Source: Verrucomicrobiaceae bacterium | Lineage (GTDB): Bacteria; Verrucomicrobiota; Verrucomicrobiia; Verrucomicrobiales; DEV007 | Direction of reading: 5' to 3' | Assembly: GCA_024229495.1 (NCBI GenBank) | Contig: JAAESJ010000233.1 | Span: 5,144-69,143 of the forward strand | DNA length: 64,000 nucleotides | Shown: positions 10,343 to 20,900 of the stretch, piece by piece | Layout of the letters: each line of letters opens with the position of its first letter | How positions within the stretch are numbered: the stretch's first letter is position 1 | Notes under the pieces: model-generated | The model's input: only the letters and a program-made list of their open reading frames with translations | Told to the model about the DNA's origin: nothing | Database searches by the model: none | Made by a program: the position numbers and the translations under genes

Positions 10343-10381
10343 GATTGGAGCTTGGTTTCAGCCACAGCGTCAATTCCCTTT

Positions 10382-13300
10382 TTATTTGACGACCATGGTG
10401 CCTTTCATGATGACCCAGTGACCGGGGAAAGTGCAAAGGTAGGGATAGGATCCCGGCTTCTTTGGGGCATGAAAACGCAGGACGTGGCTGGTGTTTTGCT
10501 TGAGTTGTGGGGTTGACCAGAGGACTTCCTGGAGATTTGGGATGTAGTTTTTCTTCAGCCCATTGGGATCCTTGGCCATTTCATTCCCTGCGCTACCGAC
10601 TTTCTCGAGAGATCCAGGCGTGGCGATTACAAGGTTGTGCATGGTAATATCCGGATTGGAAAGAACCAGCTTTATCGGTTGCCCGGGCTTGACGTTGAAT
10701 TTGGTCGTGTCATAAATCATGCGTTCCGGGATGCAGTTGATGGTGACGGCCTTGAGGCCTTTCTGGTTATCAAAGTTTGCTTCACTGGCGCTTTTCGTGG
10801 ATTTTCCAGCGTTGAGCTGGTTGATTTTTGCCGCATTGGCCAGGAAGGCTTTTACGTCGCTGTTGCCGTCCTGCCATTTTGGCAGCATTGACTTGGATCC
10901 CAGTGCAGTTTGCACCGCGTAGTTCAGGTGTTTTCCCATTGGAGACTCGGTCACTGCTAAGAGTGCCTGGAATGCCCAGTCGGTTCCAATCCACGAACTG
11001 GCGATTGCCGCTTCCAGCCGCACAAGCGGGTCCGCATCCCTGGCGCATTTCATCAACAGGTCTTTTGCATCCGCTCCCAGGGACGAGCTCCAGTAACGCA
11101 GCTGCCGGGTTGCGGCGGCTCTGGCTTGCGGAACATCGCAGTTTAGTAGTTCCTTGATCAAGGAGGTGTTAACGGCATCAATATTGCGATACATCCATAG
11201 CGCTTCAGTTTGATGATGGGCAAATCGAGGATCATCCCGATCCAGTTTATCAAGCCATTTATCAAGGGCTGACTTCACCTGTGCTGCATCCGCAGCGCGC
11301 AATTCGCGCTTGGTCCAGTAGCGAATCCGGTATTCCTTTCGTTTAAGGTTCTCAAGAAGCTCGGCGATTGACATGCCGGCGATTTTCACGGCAGGTGCAA
11401 GGGGCTTGTCTTTGGCAGTGATGCGCCAGATCCTGCCGGAATGGCGGTCCCGGCGTTCATCGCGCAGTGAGTATTGCGCATGTCCCTTGATGGGGTTGTA
11501 CCAGTCACAAACATAAAGGGCACCGCGGGGGCCGAAGCGGACGTCGACAGGAATGAAACTGAGATTTTTCGAGAAGATAATGTCCCCGGAATATTTCTCC
11601 TCCATGTGGTCACCCGCGTTGATCCATTGGTGAAACTCAACCCGGTTGGTGGGCTTGTAGCGTACCTTGACAAAACCGCCCTGCATTTCAGCCGGGAAAG
11701 TATCCCAGTCGATGAATTCCTGACCGCACGTTCCTGAGTAGGCCTGAAATCCCGATGGGCGTGGATGTTGTCGCGGGTAGGGTGGACTGACGGCGTGAAA
11801 GGTTGAGGCAAATACGGGATGACTGGCAACATGGTGCCCCCAGTCGTCAAAGGTTACTCCCCATGGGTTGGTGTTAGGGTAACTGCCGAAGGTGGTCAAC
11901 CTGTGCGTCCGTGGCCTGAAGCGGAACCATCCCGAGTTCTTGACGCGGATGGGGCCATAGGCGGTCTCAACCTGAGAATTAAGGAAAATCGAATCGCGAA
12001 AAAGCAGATCACCATCAGGGGTCCATACAAAATCATGCAGGGCATGGTGTGAGTCCTCACAACCAAAGCCGGTCAATGCCTGGCGGCGGAAGTCTGCCTT
12101 GCCGTCTCCGTCAGTGTCTTTAAGGAAAGTGAAGGCAGGTTCTTCAGAGACGTAGATGCCACCGTTACCAAACTCAAAACTCAGGGGAATATGTACATCG
12201 TCTGCCCATACGGTGGATTTGTCCGCAATGCCGTCCTTGTCGGTATCCTCAAGGATGACGATCTTGTCATTGGGTTCCTGTCCCGGGTAAACATGTGGGT
12301 AGGTGGTGGAACAGGCTACCCATAGCCTTCCCTGCGCATCCCAACGCATCTGGATCGGGCAGGCAATGTCCGGAAAATTTTCCTCCGAGGCAAAGCAGTT
12401 GACCTTGAATCTTGGGTCGATCTTGAAGGCTTTAAGCTCGTCGGCGGCGCTCATCCATTTGTTTCCGCCACGGCTTTCCGGTGTTTCCGGAATCTCGGGG
12501 ATCATGGAATCATCAATCTCCACCTTTTGGCTCTTTCCGCTGGCGATGTTCCAGATGAGCTTGTCCCGGTTTTCGGTCATTAGCTCGAAATTGCGCATTG
12601 CGGGCAGGAAATCCAGATAGCCATACCTGCCCTTGCGACCGCCTGTGTAGTAGAAGGTGTTCAGCGGTCGATAGCGTCGAAAATATTGCCTGTTCTTCTC
12701 AATGACGATTTTGCGAAGTGCCTCGTTGAGCGGCACCGGGCTTTCCCCGAAGCAACCTCGGTAAAGATTAAGGGCAAATGCCTCGTAGCCTTTTTCAACC
12801 AAGTGCACCCCATTGAAGGTGGAGCCTTCCGGAAGCCCGGGGGAAAATACATCAACGAAGCCAACATTTTCCTCGGCGGCCACCTCCTTCATCGCTTTCG
12901 TGTAGGCTGCTATCCGCCCATTGTTCAGTTTTGCGGCGGCAACGCCCTCAACATTCAGGTTTGGTGTTGGGGAAATCAGCACGATGCGGGGACCGGTTTT
13001 ACCGTTGTAAGCGCGGCTTTTTGTGTGATTGAGGAAAGCGGAAAGGCGTTGCTTGAATTCCGGAATCGCGCTATTCCCGGAGAAGGATTCATTGAAACCG
13101 AACGCGGCAAAAATGATGTCGGTCCTGTGATGGAGAAGATGTTGGTCGAGAGTGCCGAAATTGTCAGGGCGGGGCATGAGGTCAATCTCGTCTGCCGACC
13201 AGGAAAAATTGCGCACTACGAGCTGCTCCTTTGCAAAACGCTGGTGAAGCATGGTCTCGAAATGGCCGAAGAGCCTGGCGCGATCAAGCAGGGTATTGCC

Positions 13301-13630
13301 GATGTAGGCCACATGCTCACCATTTGCCGGCTTCAGGGGCAGTTGGGTCTGCATTGCCTCTGTTGCTGAGGGCTTAGGTGATTGATTGGCAAAGATTGCG
13401 TATTTCTGGAATTCGCTGTTCTGCTCTTTATTTGATTTTGATTGCGGTTTTTTTCTTGTGGTGTTGCCGCGTTTCTTTTTGTTGGTTTTTTTTGGTGCGG
13501 TGCCCTGCGGATCCACGGCCACGGCATTAACCGGAACCAGGATCGAGGAACCTGTGTCTGGCGCCTTGTCGGCACCGGAATTAATGAGCAGGATGGCGGA
13601 GATAAGGAAGACGGTAATCGTGTGGGACAT
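10382..13630 (-). CDS. PVC-type giant secreted protein: SGNH-like domain + 'membrane-bound dehydrogenase' beta-propeller + HEAT repeats + C-terminal azurin-like cupredoxin
   Basis: 1082 aa with a signal peptide. Contains an SGNH-like block (VAYIGNTLLDR...DIIFAAFGFNESF), a propeller block (IQMRWDAQGRLWVACSTTYPH...DTDKDGIADK...DTDGDGKAD) and a helical HEAT-like region. The C-terminal YLCTFPGHWVIMKG (nt 10441-10400) is the azurin Cys-His-Met copper-ligand motif. Confidence 0.7.
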   Translation of the reverse strand: MSHTITVFLISAILLINSGADKAPDTGSSILVPVNAVAVDPQGTAPKKTNKKKRGNTTRKKPQSKSNKEQNSEFQKYAIFANQSPKPSATEAMQTQLPLKPANGEHVAYIGNTLLDRARLFGHFETMLHQRFAKEQLVVRNFSWSADEIDLMPRPDNFGTLDQHLLHHRTDIIFAAFGFNESFSGNSAIPEFKQRLSAFLNHTKSRAYNGKTGPRIVLISPTPNLNVEGVAAAKLNNGRIAAYTKAMKEVAAEENVGFVDVFSPGLPEGSTFNGVHLVEKGYEAFALNLYRGCFGESPVPLNEALRKIVIEKNRQYFRRYRPLNTFYYTGGRKGRYGYLDFLPAMRNFELMTENRDKLIWNIASGKSQKVEIDDSMIPEIPETPESRGGNKWMSAADELKAFKIDPRFKVNCFASEENFPDIACPIQMRWDAQGRLWVACSTTYPHVYPGQEPNDKIVILEDTDKDGIADKSTVWADDVHIPLSFEFGNGGIYVSEEPAFTFLKDTDGDGKADFRRQALTGFGCEDSHHALHDFVWTPDGDLLFRDSIFLNSQVETAYGPIRVKNSGWFRFRPRTHRLTTFGSYPNTNPWGVTFDDWGHHVASHPVFASTFHAVSPPYPRQHPRPSGFQAYSGTCGQEFIDWDTFPAEMQGGFVKVRYKPTNRVEFHQWINAGDHMEEKYSGDIIFSKNLSFIPVDVRFGPRGALYVCDWYNPIKGHAQYSLRDERRDRHSGRIWRITAKDKPLAPAVKIAGMSIAELLENLKRKEYRIRYWTKRELRAADAAQVKSALDKWLDKLDRDDPRFAHHQTEALWMYRNIDAVNTSLIKELLNCDVPQARAAATRQLRYWSSSLGADAKDLLMKCARDADPLVRLEAAIASSWIGTDWAFQALLAVTESPMGKHLNYAVQTALGSKSMLPKWQDGNSDVKAFLANAAKINQLNAGKSTKSASEANFDNQKGLKAVTINCIPERMIYDTTKFNVKPGQPIKLVLSNPDITMHNLVIATPGSLEKVGSAGNEMAKDPNGLKKNYIPNLQEVLWSTPQLKQNTSHVLRFHAPKKPGSYPYLCTFPGHWVIMKGTMVVK

Positions 13631-13815
13631 TGGATCGCTTGGTATTGGTCGTGGCAGAGAGTTAATGGCGCAAGGCCTTCAGGAGGAAGGATGCCTTACG
13701 CATCAATTTTGGCTCCCGTGCAATCAATCCGCCGGTGGTCGCTGGTCGGTTTTCCCAATGGGAATGTGCCTGTGGCGCTGAAGCGGTATACGGATGGTTC
13801 AAGGCTGAGTGATGG

Positions 13816-14754
13816 CTAGGCAGCCTTTTTCTTTGCCGATGGAGAGCTCTCCTTGGTTTCTTGGGCAGAAGGTTTCTTTATGGTCCATGCAGGATGCCAG
13901 ATTGCCTTGCCGCGTTTAAAGCCGAGATCATCACGCAGGCGCTTGTCAAAGTCGGGAAGGTGGGCAGCACCATAGAAGATCCCCATTTTCTTTTTGCCTT
14001 TCTTGCGCTCACGTTCCAATACCTTGAGGGCTGTGATGTTGCGTTCCGCGACCAGCACTGACCCGTCTGGTCCCTCAATGCCTGCGATGATTGACTCAAC
14101 ATCCTGAAATTGACGCCCCAGTTCGATTTTCATTTCTGTAGGGTCATTCTTAAGGAGGAGCTTGAGGATTGCAGAGAGGTTCAGGTTTTGCTTCTTGCCG
14201 TTGGTGGCCTGACTTTGAGCCTTGAGCATCATGGAGAGCAGGTTTTCACCCTTGGCCTTTTGGCGCTTGGTGAAGGTTTCATAACTCATGTCAGCATGAA
14301 CGAAATTTTTGGCAGCGTAGTCAATATGATCGAGTTGAAAGTCGAGTTTCATCATTCGCCCAAAGCTTGACTGCAGGGTTCGCATCAGGTTGTTCTTATT
14401 GCTCTGGAGATCCTCCTTTGAGGGCGGGTTCTCGGGATCGCCGCCCACCATTTCATAGAGCAGGGCATCATATTTCTTGAACTGATCGTTCAGGGTCTTG
14501 TAGTAGGGCTTGTCGGCGATGTGCACGGCGCCGATCAGTTCTACCGTAGTGCCGTCGGGATGAGTATATTTCACGGACGCTGTTTCCAGAAGAGCCTGAC
14601 TGTCCGTTTCACTGAAGCGCAGGTATTTGGCGTCCTCAGTGGAAACCGATGTCTTTTCCTCATCAGCGAAGGCTGAGATACTGAGCAGGGAGGTGAGGAA
14701 GATGCTGAAAAGTGAAGTGCTATGGGGCATTTGGGATGGTCGAGGCGGGATCAT
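13816..14754 (-). CDS. Secreted protein, possibly TraB/GumN family
   Basis: 312 aa with a signal peptide (alternative start ATG 14730). VELIGAVHIADKPYYKTLNDQFKKYDALLYEMVGG resembles the G-x-x-H-x-x-D N-terminal block of TraB/GumN proteins. The assignment is weak. Confidence 0.4.
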   Translation of the reverse strand: MIPPRPSQMPHSTSLFSIFLTSLLSISAFADEEKTSVSTEDAKYLRFSETDSQALLETASVKYTHPDGTTVELIGAVHIADKPYYKTLNDQFKKYDALLYEMVGGDPENPPSKEDLQSNKNNLMRTLQSSFGRMMKLDFQLDHIDYAAKNFVHADMSYETFTKRQKAKGENLLSMMLKAQSQATNGKKQNLNLSAILKLLLKNDPTEMKIELGRQFQDVESIIAGIEGPDGSVLVAERNITALKVLERERKKGKKKMGIFYGAAHLPDFDKRLRDDLGFKRGKAIWHPAWTIKKPSAQETKESSPSAKKKAA

Positions 14755-14875
14755 GGGCTGTCAACTGACCCGTGGTGCAGTGCGTGATACCATGACGCTT
14801 TTCGCTTGGATGTTTCAGTGATCTTTAGTAATAAATAATATTAAACGTTAATAAAACTAAGGTTTCACAACATTA

Positions 14876-16315
14876 ATGGAAACTCCCGAAACTGCTGAGA
14901 GCTCAAAGGATTCAGGAGGATCATGCCCTGGGGAGGCACTCAAGTTTGGTTCATTGGCGATCACGGGACTTGTTGGGGGACTGATTTTGAGTCGTGTCAT
15001 TGCAGGCTTTGTACGAATGAGCCTGCCCTCGATTGTCCCTGTTGTATTCTATCAGGTGTTGCGTAAACCGGCCGGTAGCCGGAAAGTTCTATCCGAGCGG
15101 ACCGTCGGGGAGGGGTTTCAGGATTCTCCGCTTGCCGGTGCTGAAACACCGGAACCATTTGCGCCGAAGGTTTCGGGTGATGCCGAACCCGATTTCAATA
15201 CAGGGGGGCAGACAGGGTTTCCGGTCTTTCTGGATCAGGAACCCATTGATCCTCTTTCTGTGGACGGGAATGTCGATCCAGGGCCCTTCCCATCAATTGA
15301 AGCGGGGCGTGAGATTGCCGTGAGAACGGGGCACTCATCTCTGAGTTCTGAAGAGTGGGCGGCCAGTGTGCTCGACGAGATTGAGGGCAGCCTGTCGTTC
15401 ACTAGTCAATGTGATGGTCAAGTCATCCCCGGCCCGGAGGAACAGATAAAGCTTACCGAGGGTAGGCTGGATGAGGACACGACCGTGTTGAGTGACTTGG
15501 ATCCTGCTGCATGGAGGAGCGGCGTGGAACAGGTGACGGATTCAGGAGAAACGCCGCCGGCAAGGCAATCTGATGTGGGGCTTGATCTTGAGGAGGCTGG
15601 AATTGAGCGCATTGAGAATCATTTTGATCCATCCCCGGTGGAGATGGATCGAGAGATTCCCGCGCAGATGGTAACGGATTCTAAACCGGTACGCTCTGCC
15701 GGGGAAGACGTCGGGTTTCGGGTAACGCCACGGGCATCGGGGGAAAAAGAAAAACCCTCTTACCGCCGTATTCCGATGGATGCAAACCTTGTTCCGCTTG
15801 CTGTGGCCAAGGTGGGCGGGAAGATGCATCGATTAGCTGAGGAGGAGGGCCATGACGCTTTTGCCGTGCCTTTTTCTGGTTGTGCGGTTGCGGGGGTGGA
15901 AGCGGTTGAGAATCCCTTTGCAAGGGAGGAAAATGCAGACGGGGGCAGGGATAATACCGGAGCTCTCGCATCCGTTCTTCTTCAGGACAAAAGCAAACTC
16001 GGGAAGAGGGGTGGGAGTGAAAATCCAGTGTTTCGCAGAGTGTGCATTTTTTTCATTATTGGTATTGTACTTGGTTGTGGGGTGTTGCTTGCTTGGAAGG
16101 CATTGAGGGGGACCGGTGAGGATGTTCCTGAACAAGCGTTAATGATTACGCCGGAAGCCATCGAGGCCCCGGGGCGAGGTTTATCGTTGCTTGGTGACAA
16201 TGCTTCCTCTGGGGAGGTCCATGATTTTCCGGCAGATGTGGGGGTGACAAACTCCACCTCTAGTGAGAAGGTGATTCATGATGAGGATTTACCCAGTTTC
16301 AGATCCTTGGAGTGA
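14876..16315 (+). CDS. Hypothetical acidic, Pro/Glu/Ser-rich membrane protein
   Basis: 479-aa ORF after an AT-rich divergent intergenic region. It has two hydrophobic segments (LAITGLVGGLILSRVIAGFV near the N-terminus and VCIFFIIGIVLGCGVLLAW near the C-terminus). No family motif recognised. Confidence 0.5.
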   Translation: METPETAESSKDSGGSCPGEALKFGSLAITGLVGGLILSRVIAGFVRMSLPSIVPVVFYQVLRKPAGSRKVLSERTVGEGFQDSPLAGAETPEPFAPKVSGDAEPDFNTGGQTGFPVFLDQEPIDPLSVDGNVDPGPFPSIEAGREIAVRTGHSSLSSEEWAASVLDEIEGSLSFTSQCDGQVIPGPEEQIKLTEGRLDEDTTVLSDLDPAAWRSGVEQVTDSGETPPARQSDVGLDLEEAGIERIENHFDPSPVEMDREIPAQMVTDSKPVRSAGEDVGFRVTPRASGEKEKPSYRRIPMDANLVPLAVAKVGGKMHRLAEEEGHDAFAVPFSGCAVAGVEAVENPFAREENADGGRDNTGALASVLLQDKSKLGKRGGSENPVFRRVCIFFIIGIVLGCGVLLAWKALRGTGEDVPEQALMITPEAIEAPGRGLSLLGDNASSGEVHDFPADVGVTNSTSSEKVIHDEDLPSFRSLE

Positions 16316-16325
16316 ATCATCTTTG

Positions 16326-18284
16326 ATGAGGTCTATGGTGAAAAGATTAGCGTTGGTTGCGGTGTTCTTTTTGGCCGCAAAGTTACCTGCTGTTGAACTG
16401 GTCCTTGTCGATGAGCAATCTGATGCCCGGGCTCTGGTGCCCTCCGCTGAAAACGGAGGGAGTGTGCTTGGCGAGAGCTGGAGAAATGTCACAGGGCCAG
16501 ATAACATTGTAGGCTGGCTGTCTGGGGTTACCGGGATCGGATATGATACCTCCAGCAGTGATCGCTACCGACCACTGATCGGAATAGATGTTGAGCAGAT
16601 GCGCTCGCAATCAGGTTCGGTTTTTATCCGGATTCCTTTCCGGGTTGAAGCGCCGGACTTGGTGAGGATTAATGCATTGACTCTTAGGATGAAATACGAT
16701 GACGGGTTTGTTGCCTGGATTAACGGGGTGAGGGTTGCCGGGAGCAATTCTCCTGCTGGATCTCCTGACTGGAACGCGTTGGCTTCCGCGGGTCACAGTG
16801 ATGATGCCGCGGAGGTTTTTGAATCTTTTGACCTGAGTAACTCGATTGGGTTGCTCGTTGAGGGTGAGAACATGCTTGCTATCCAGGGATTAAACGAGGG
16901 ATTGAGCAGCAGTGACCTGATTATTATGCCGCAGCTTGTTGCTGATGATACTCAGTGGCCGGGGTTACGGGTGGAGACCGTCGCAAATGGCCTGGATCGG
17001 CCTGTTGATATCCAGCATTGCGGGGATGGTAGCGGGAGGTTGTTTATCTTGGAGAAACCAGGCAGGGTAAGAATCCTTAAGGAGGGGGTATTGCTTGCTG
17101 CCCCGTTTCTCGACATTGAATCAAGGGTTGATGACTCAAGCAATGAGGAGGGCTTGCTGGGCATTGCATTTCCTCCCGGGTTCGGCACCGATCCTGACCC
17201 GCATTTTTACCTGTGCTATACCGGTTCCCTGGGGTCCACGCTGTCACGGTTCATGGTTGATAAGGATAACCCTGACCGTGCACTGCAGGCTTCGGAGGAG
17301 GTGATCATGACCCAGAGCCAGCCGTTCAGTAATCACAACGGCGGACAGATCCAGTTTGCCCGCGACGGTTACCTGTACGTGGCACTGGGAGACGGTGGCA
17401 GTGGTAACGATCCGGGAGACCGGGCGCAGAACCGGAACTTGCGATTGGGCAAGATATTGCGCCTTGACGTTGAGGGCATACCGGATCCCGGGAAGAGTTA
17501 TGCCATCCCGATTGATAACCCTTTCGTTGGAGATGCATCGACGCTTGATGAGATATGGGCGCTCGGGTTGCGCAATCCCTGGAGGTTTTCCTTTGACCGG
17601 GATACGGGCGACCTGTGGATTGCGGATGTGGGGCAGGGAGCCCTTGAGGAGATTAATTTTCAGCAGGCATCCAGCACAGGAGGCGAGAATTACGGCTGGC
17701 GGTTTTTTGAGGGTGAGCGCGAGAATGTCACCTCAGGAATTATTCCCGGGGCACCGGTTGATCCGGTGCACCAATACGGCCGGAGTTTTGGTAGATCGGT
17801 TACCGGCGGTTATGTGTATCGGGGTACCAAGTATCCGCGTATGCAGGGAGTGTATTTCTATGTTGATTATTATACCGGTGATCTCACCGGTGTCCGCCCA
17901 AACGGGCCACAGGATTGGCAGGTGCAGTCGTTGCTCTCAGGATTTACGAGGGTCACGACATTTGGTGAGGATGAGGATGGGGAGCTCTATTTCGCAACCG
18001 ATTCCTCAGGATCGAGCCCGAATCGTATTTTCCGAATTTCTGATGTCCGGGATACAAGCTACCTGAAGGTGCTTTCCGTTGAAATTGAGGCCGATGGACG
18101 GCTGAGCCTGGTTTTTGGCAGCGAGATTGGTGTTAGTTACCAGTTGCAGGTTTCAGGGGACCTTTCTGAATGGAATTCAGTGGGGATTGCCCAGCAGGCA
18201 ACCGGCTATAGCCTTCGAGTGACTGAACCAACGGGTAATGTTCCCGGTTTAGAGCGGTTTCTGCGGGTGGTGCCACTGGATTGA
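16326..18284 (+). CDS. PQQ-dependent sugar (glucose/sorbosone) dehydrogenase family beta-propeller protein with extra N- and C-terminal domains
   Basis: HNGGQIQFARDGYLYVALGDGGSGNDP, LGKILRLDV and WALGLRNPWRFSFD are the hallmark SGDH blocks. The signal peptide begins at ATG 16326 (MRSMVKRLALVAVFFLAA), and this start removes the overlap with the upstream gene. Confidence 0.75.
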   Translation: MRSMVKRLALVAVFFLAAKLPAVELVLVDEQSDARALVPSAENGGSVLGESWRNVTGPDNIVGWLSGVTGIGYDTSSSDRYRPLIGIDVEQMRSQSGSVFIRIPFRVEAPDLVRINALTLRMKYDDGFVAWINGVRVAGSNSPAGSPDWNALASAGHSDDAAEVFESFDLSNSIGLLVEGENMLAIQGLNEGLSSSDLIIMPQLVADDTQWPGLRVETVANGLDRPVDIQHCGDGSGRLFILEKPGRVRILKEGVLLAAPFLDIESRVDDSSNEEGLLGIAFPPGFGTDPDPHFYLCYTGSLGSTLSRFMVDKDNPDRALQASEEVIMTQSQPFSNHNGGQIQFARDGYLYVALGDGGSGNDPGDRAQNRNLRLGKILRLDVEGIPDPGKSYAIPIDNPFVGDASTLDEIWALGLRNPWRFSFDRDTGDLWIADVGQGALEEINFQQASSTGGENYGWRFFEGERENVTSGIIPGAPVDPVHQYGRSFGRSVTGGYVYRGTKYPRMQGVYFYVDYYTGDLTGVRPNGPQDWQVQSLLSGFTRVTTFGEDEDGELYFATDSSGSSPNRIFRISDVRDTSYLKVLSVEIEADGRLSLVFGSEIGVSYQLQVSGDLSEWNSVGIAQQATGYSLRVTEPTGNVPGLERFLRVVPLD

Positions 18285-18434
18285 ACGATACTTGCCGCTT
18301 TGGGCTGCAGCGTTTAGACTCTGCGGCTATAATGAACTCTGAGGTTGCCCTTGCCGCGGCTCTATTCATTGACCTGCCATTGTGCAGAATGGCGCGGGGA
18401 AGTGGCGAAGCCGTTGATGCAGAGTTTTCCATTC

Positions 18435-20669
18435 ATGATGAAAACCAAGTTCCTTAACAATGCAGTAACCACCGTATTGGCGTCTGTGGTTGTCCTTATG
18501 TCAGCCTGTGAGAAAAATAATGATGCGTCCTCGCCGGCTACCACCGAACCTGCACCCGAGCCCGTCCCAGAAGCTAAAGTTAATCCAAGTGCCGAAAAAA
18601 AATCTGAAGTGAGTAAGGAAAAGCATCAATTTACCAATCGCCTGATTAACGAGAAATCACCGTATCTCCTGCAACATGCGCATAACCCGGTGGACTGGTA
18701 TCCATGGGGGGACGAGGCATTTGAGCGAGCGAAGAAGGAGGATAAACCGATCTTGTTGAGCGTGGGTTACTCGACCTGTCACTGGTGCCACGTGATGGAA
18801 CGTGAGTCTTTTGAGAATGAGGAGATCGCGAAGATCATGAATGAGCACTTCGTGTGCATCAAGCTGGACCGTGAAGAGCGACCGGACGTTGACAAGATTT
18901 ACATGACGGCGGTCCAAGCTTTAGTAGGTGGGGGAGGATGGCCACTTAACGTGTTTCTCACTGCGGACAGGAAGCCGTTTTTTGGCGGCACTTACTTTCC
19001 ACCGAAAGCGGCACCTGGGAGGCCCTCATGGCCGGATTTGCTGCAAAACATCGCCAAGGTCTGGACGGAGAAGCGTGAGGCGGTCATTAAGGATGCCGAC
19101 AATATCGCACAAAAACTCTCGGAGTATGTGGATGAGGGCAAGGGTGAGGGGGGCGTTCTGGCCGAGGCGGATTTGCTTAAGGCACTGCAACAATTCAAGG
19201 AGGGGTATGATCCCCAGTTTGGTGGATGGGGGCGCGCTCCCAAGTTTCCCAGGCCCAGTCAACCGGCTTTCATGCTGCAGCTGGGTTCCCGCTTGGGGGA
19301 CAAGGAGGCAATTGACCAGGTGGTGTTTACCTGTGAAAAGATGGCTGCCGGTGGCATGTATGACCAGATAGGGGGCGGGTTCAGTCGTTACTCGGTGGAT
19401 GAGCGTTGGTTAGTGCCGCATTTTGAAAAAATGCTCTACGATAATGCGCAACTTCTGCAACTCTATCTGGATGCTTACCTGATTACAGGCAAAGAGCATC
19501 ATGCGGATGTCGCCCGGGATATCCTGCGCTATGTGCTGCGTGACATGACACATCCAAAGGGCGGGTTTTATTCGGCGGAGGACGCGGACAGTGAAGGCAA
19601 GGAGGGGAAGTTCTACTGCTGGACCAAGGCAGAACTGGAGAAGATTTTATCCGCCGAGGAAATGGGGGTGGTTATCCGTTATTATGGAGTGACCCGGTCG
19701 GGTAACTTTGAGGACCACAGTGACCCTGACCCGTTGAAGGAGCAGAATGTGTTGAGCGTGGTTGATGCCAAGCTTGCCGAGGGGGAAGCTGCCCTGTTGG
19801 CCTCGGCGAGGAAGAAAATGTCTGAAGTTCGCTCGAAGCGTGTGCGTCCCGGGCTGGACGACAAGATCCTGACATCCTGGAATGGATTGATGCTTGAGGC
19901 CATTTCTCGGGCTGCTGCCGTCCTTGGTGATGAGTCTTACCTGGCTGCAGCTGAGAAGAATCTGGAGTTTATCCGTGCAGAGCTCTGGGATGAGAAGCAG
20001 CAGCGATTGTATCATCGCTGGCGTGACGGGGCGCGCGACAGTGCCCAGATCTTTGATACTCATGCCTATCTCTTGAGCGGCATTGTCGGCCTTTACGAAG
20101 TTACGCTGAACCCAAGTTACCTGGAGTTTGCCGTGACCATTGCCGGGAGGATGATTGAGGGGTTCTATGACCCGAAAGCCGGAGGCTTTTTCCAAAGCAG
20201 CGGGGCAAAAGACCTTATCCTGCGACTTAAAGAGGACTACGATGGTGCTGAGCCGTCCGGCAATTCAGTGGCTGTGCTTGCCCTGCTCAAACTTGCGGCC
20301 ATTACCGGGAATAAAAGTTACCGGGAGGTTGCCGACAAGACGCTGTCTTATTTTTCCGGGAGAATGAAGACTGTCTCGGTGGGAGTCCCTTACATGTTGA
20401 GGGCGGCGGATTTTGCCTTACGGGAACCGAATCGCGTGGTGATTGCCGGCGATTGTGGGTCGGATGCTGCAAGGGGCCTGTTGCGAGCGGCGCACTCAGT
20501 TTATCAGCCGCACAAGGTGGTGATGGGAACCACCGGCCCGATTGAGGAGTTTGCCAAGACGCTGGCAAAGGGGGATGAGGTGCAGGTTTACCTGTGCAAG
20601 GGCAAACACTGCGAATTACCCACCACTGAGGGAAAGAAGGTTCGCCAGTTGCTGTTGAAGAAGGAATAA
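18435..20669 (+). CDS. Thioredoxin-domain protein, DUF255/YyaL (SPATA20-like) family
   Basis: [52 protein letters not shown] followed by an (alpha/alpha)6-barrel-like region. The signal anchor begins at ATG 18435 ([11 protein letters not shown]...). Confidence 0.8.
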   Translation: MMKTKFLNNAVTTVLASVVVLMSACEKNNDASSPATTEPAPEPVPEAKVNPSAEKKSEVSKEKHQFTNRLINEKSPYLLQHAHNPVDWYPWGDEAFERAKKEDKPILLSVGYSTCHWCHVMERESFENEEIAKIMNEHFVCIKLDREERPDVDKIYMTAVQALVGGGGWPLNVFLTADRKPFFGGTYFPPKAAPGRPSWPDLLQNIAKVWTEKREAVIKDADNIAQKLSEYVDEGKGEGGVLAEADLLKALQQFKEGYDPQFGGWGRAPKFPRPSQPAFMLQLGSRLGDKEAIDQVVFTCEKMAAGGMYDQIGGGFSRYSVDERWLVPHFEKMLYDNAQLLQLYLDAYLITGKEHHADVARDILRYVLRDMTHPKGGFYSAEDADSEGKEGKFYCWTKAELEKILSAEEMGVVIRYYGVTRSGNFEDHSDPDPLKEQNVLSVVDAKLAEGEAALLASARKKMSEVRSKRVRPGLDDKILTSWNGLMLEAISRAAAVLGDESYLAAAEKNLEFIRAELWDEKQQRLYHRWRDGARDSAQIFDTHAYLLSGIVGLYEVTLNPSYLEFAVTIAGRMIEGFYDPKAGGFFQSSGAKDLILRLKEDYDGAEPSGNSVAVLALLKLAAITGNKSYREVADKTLSYFSGRMKTVSVGVPYMLRAADFALREPNRVVIAGDCGSDAARGLLRAAHSVYQPHKVVMGTTGPIEEFAKTLAKGDEVQVYLCKGKHCELPTTEGKKVRQLLLKKE

Positions 20670-20837
20670 ACCTTTCAGCCCTTCTGTTGAAGGGAAGCAT
20701 TGCATTGATGGTTTCGCTAATGCCCTCGGGCAGCGCTTTTACCATCGGCTTTGATGACACCGATAATGAGGGTGTTTGTTTAGCGGGAAAACTGTATCCG
20801 AAGAGCGAGTCAAGGAGCCCGCTGTTGCCAATATACT

Positions 20838-20872
20838 AAAAAACCGACGGCGTCACCGCCGTCGGTTTTTTT
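20838..20872. terminator. Bidirectional rho-independent terminator between convergent genes
   Basis: aaaaaa-CCGACGGCG-tcac-CGCCGTCGG-ttttttt: a perfect 9-bp GC-rich stem and 4-nt loop, with an A-tract on the left and a T-tract on the right. Confidence 0.85.
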
Positions 20873-20900
20873 AGAGTTATTCAACCTGTATAGGCGGCGA

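Noticed and set aside
20302-20760. 152-aa minus-strand ORF spanning the end of the DUF255 gene and the following spacer.
   Set aside because: Two thirds of it is antisense to a confident gene, its composition is Pro/Ser/Arg-rich, and it would run away from the terminator rather than toward it.
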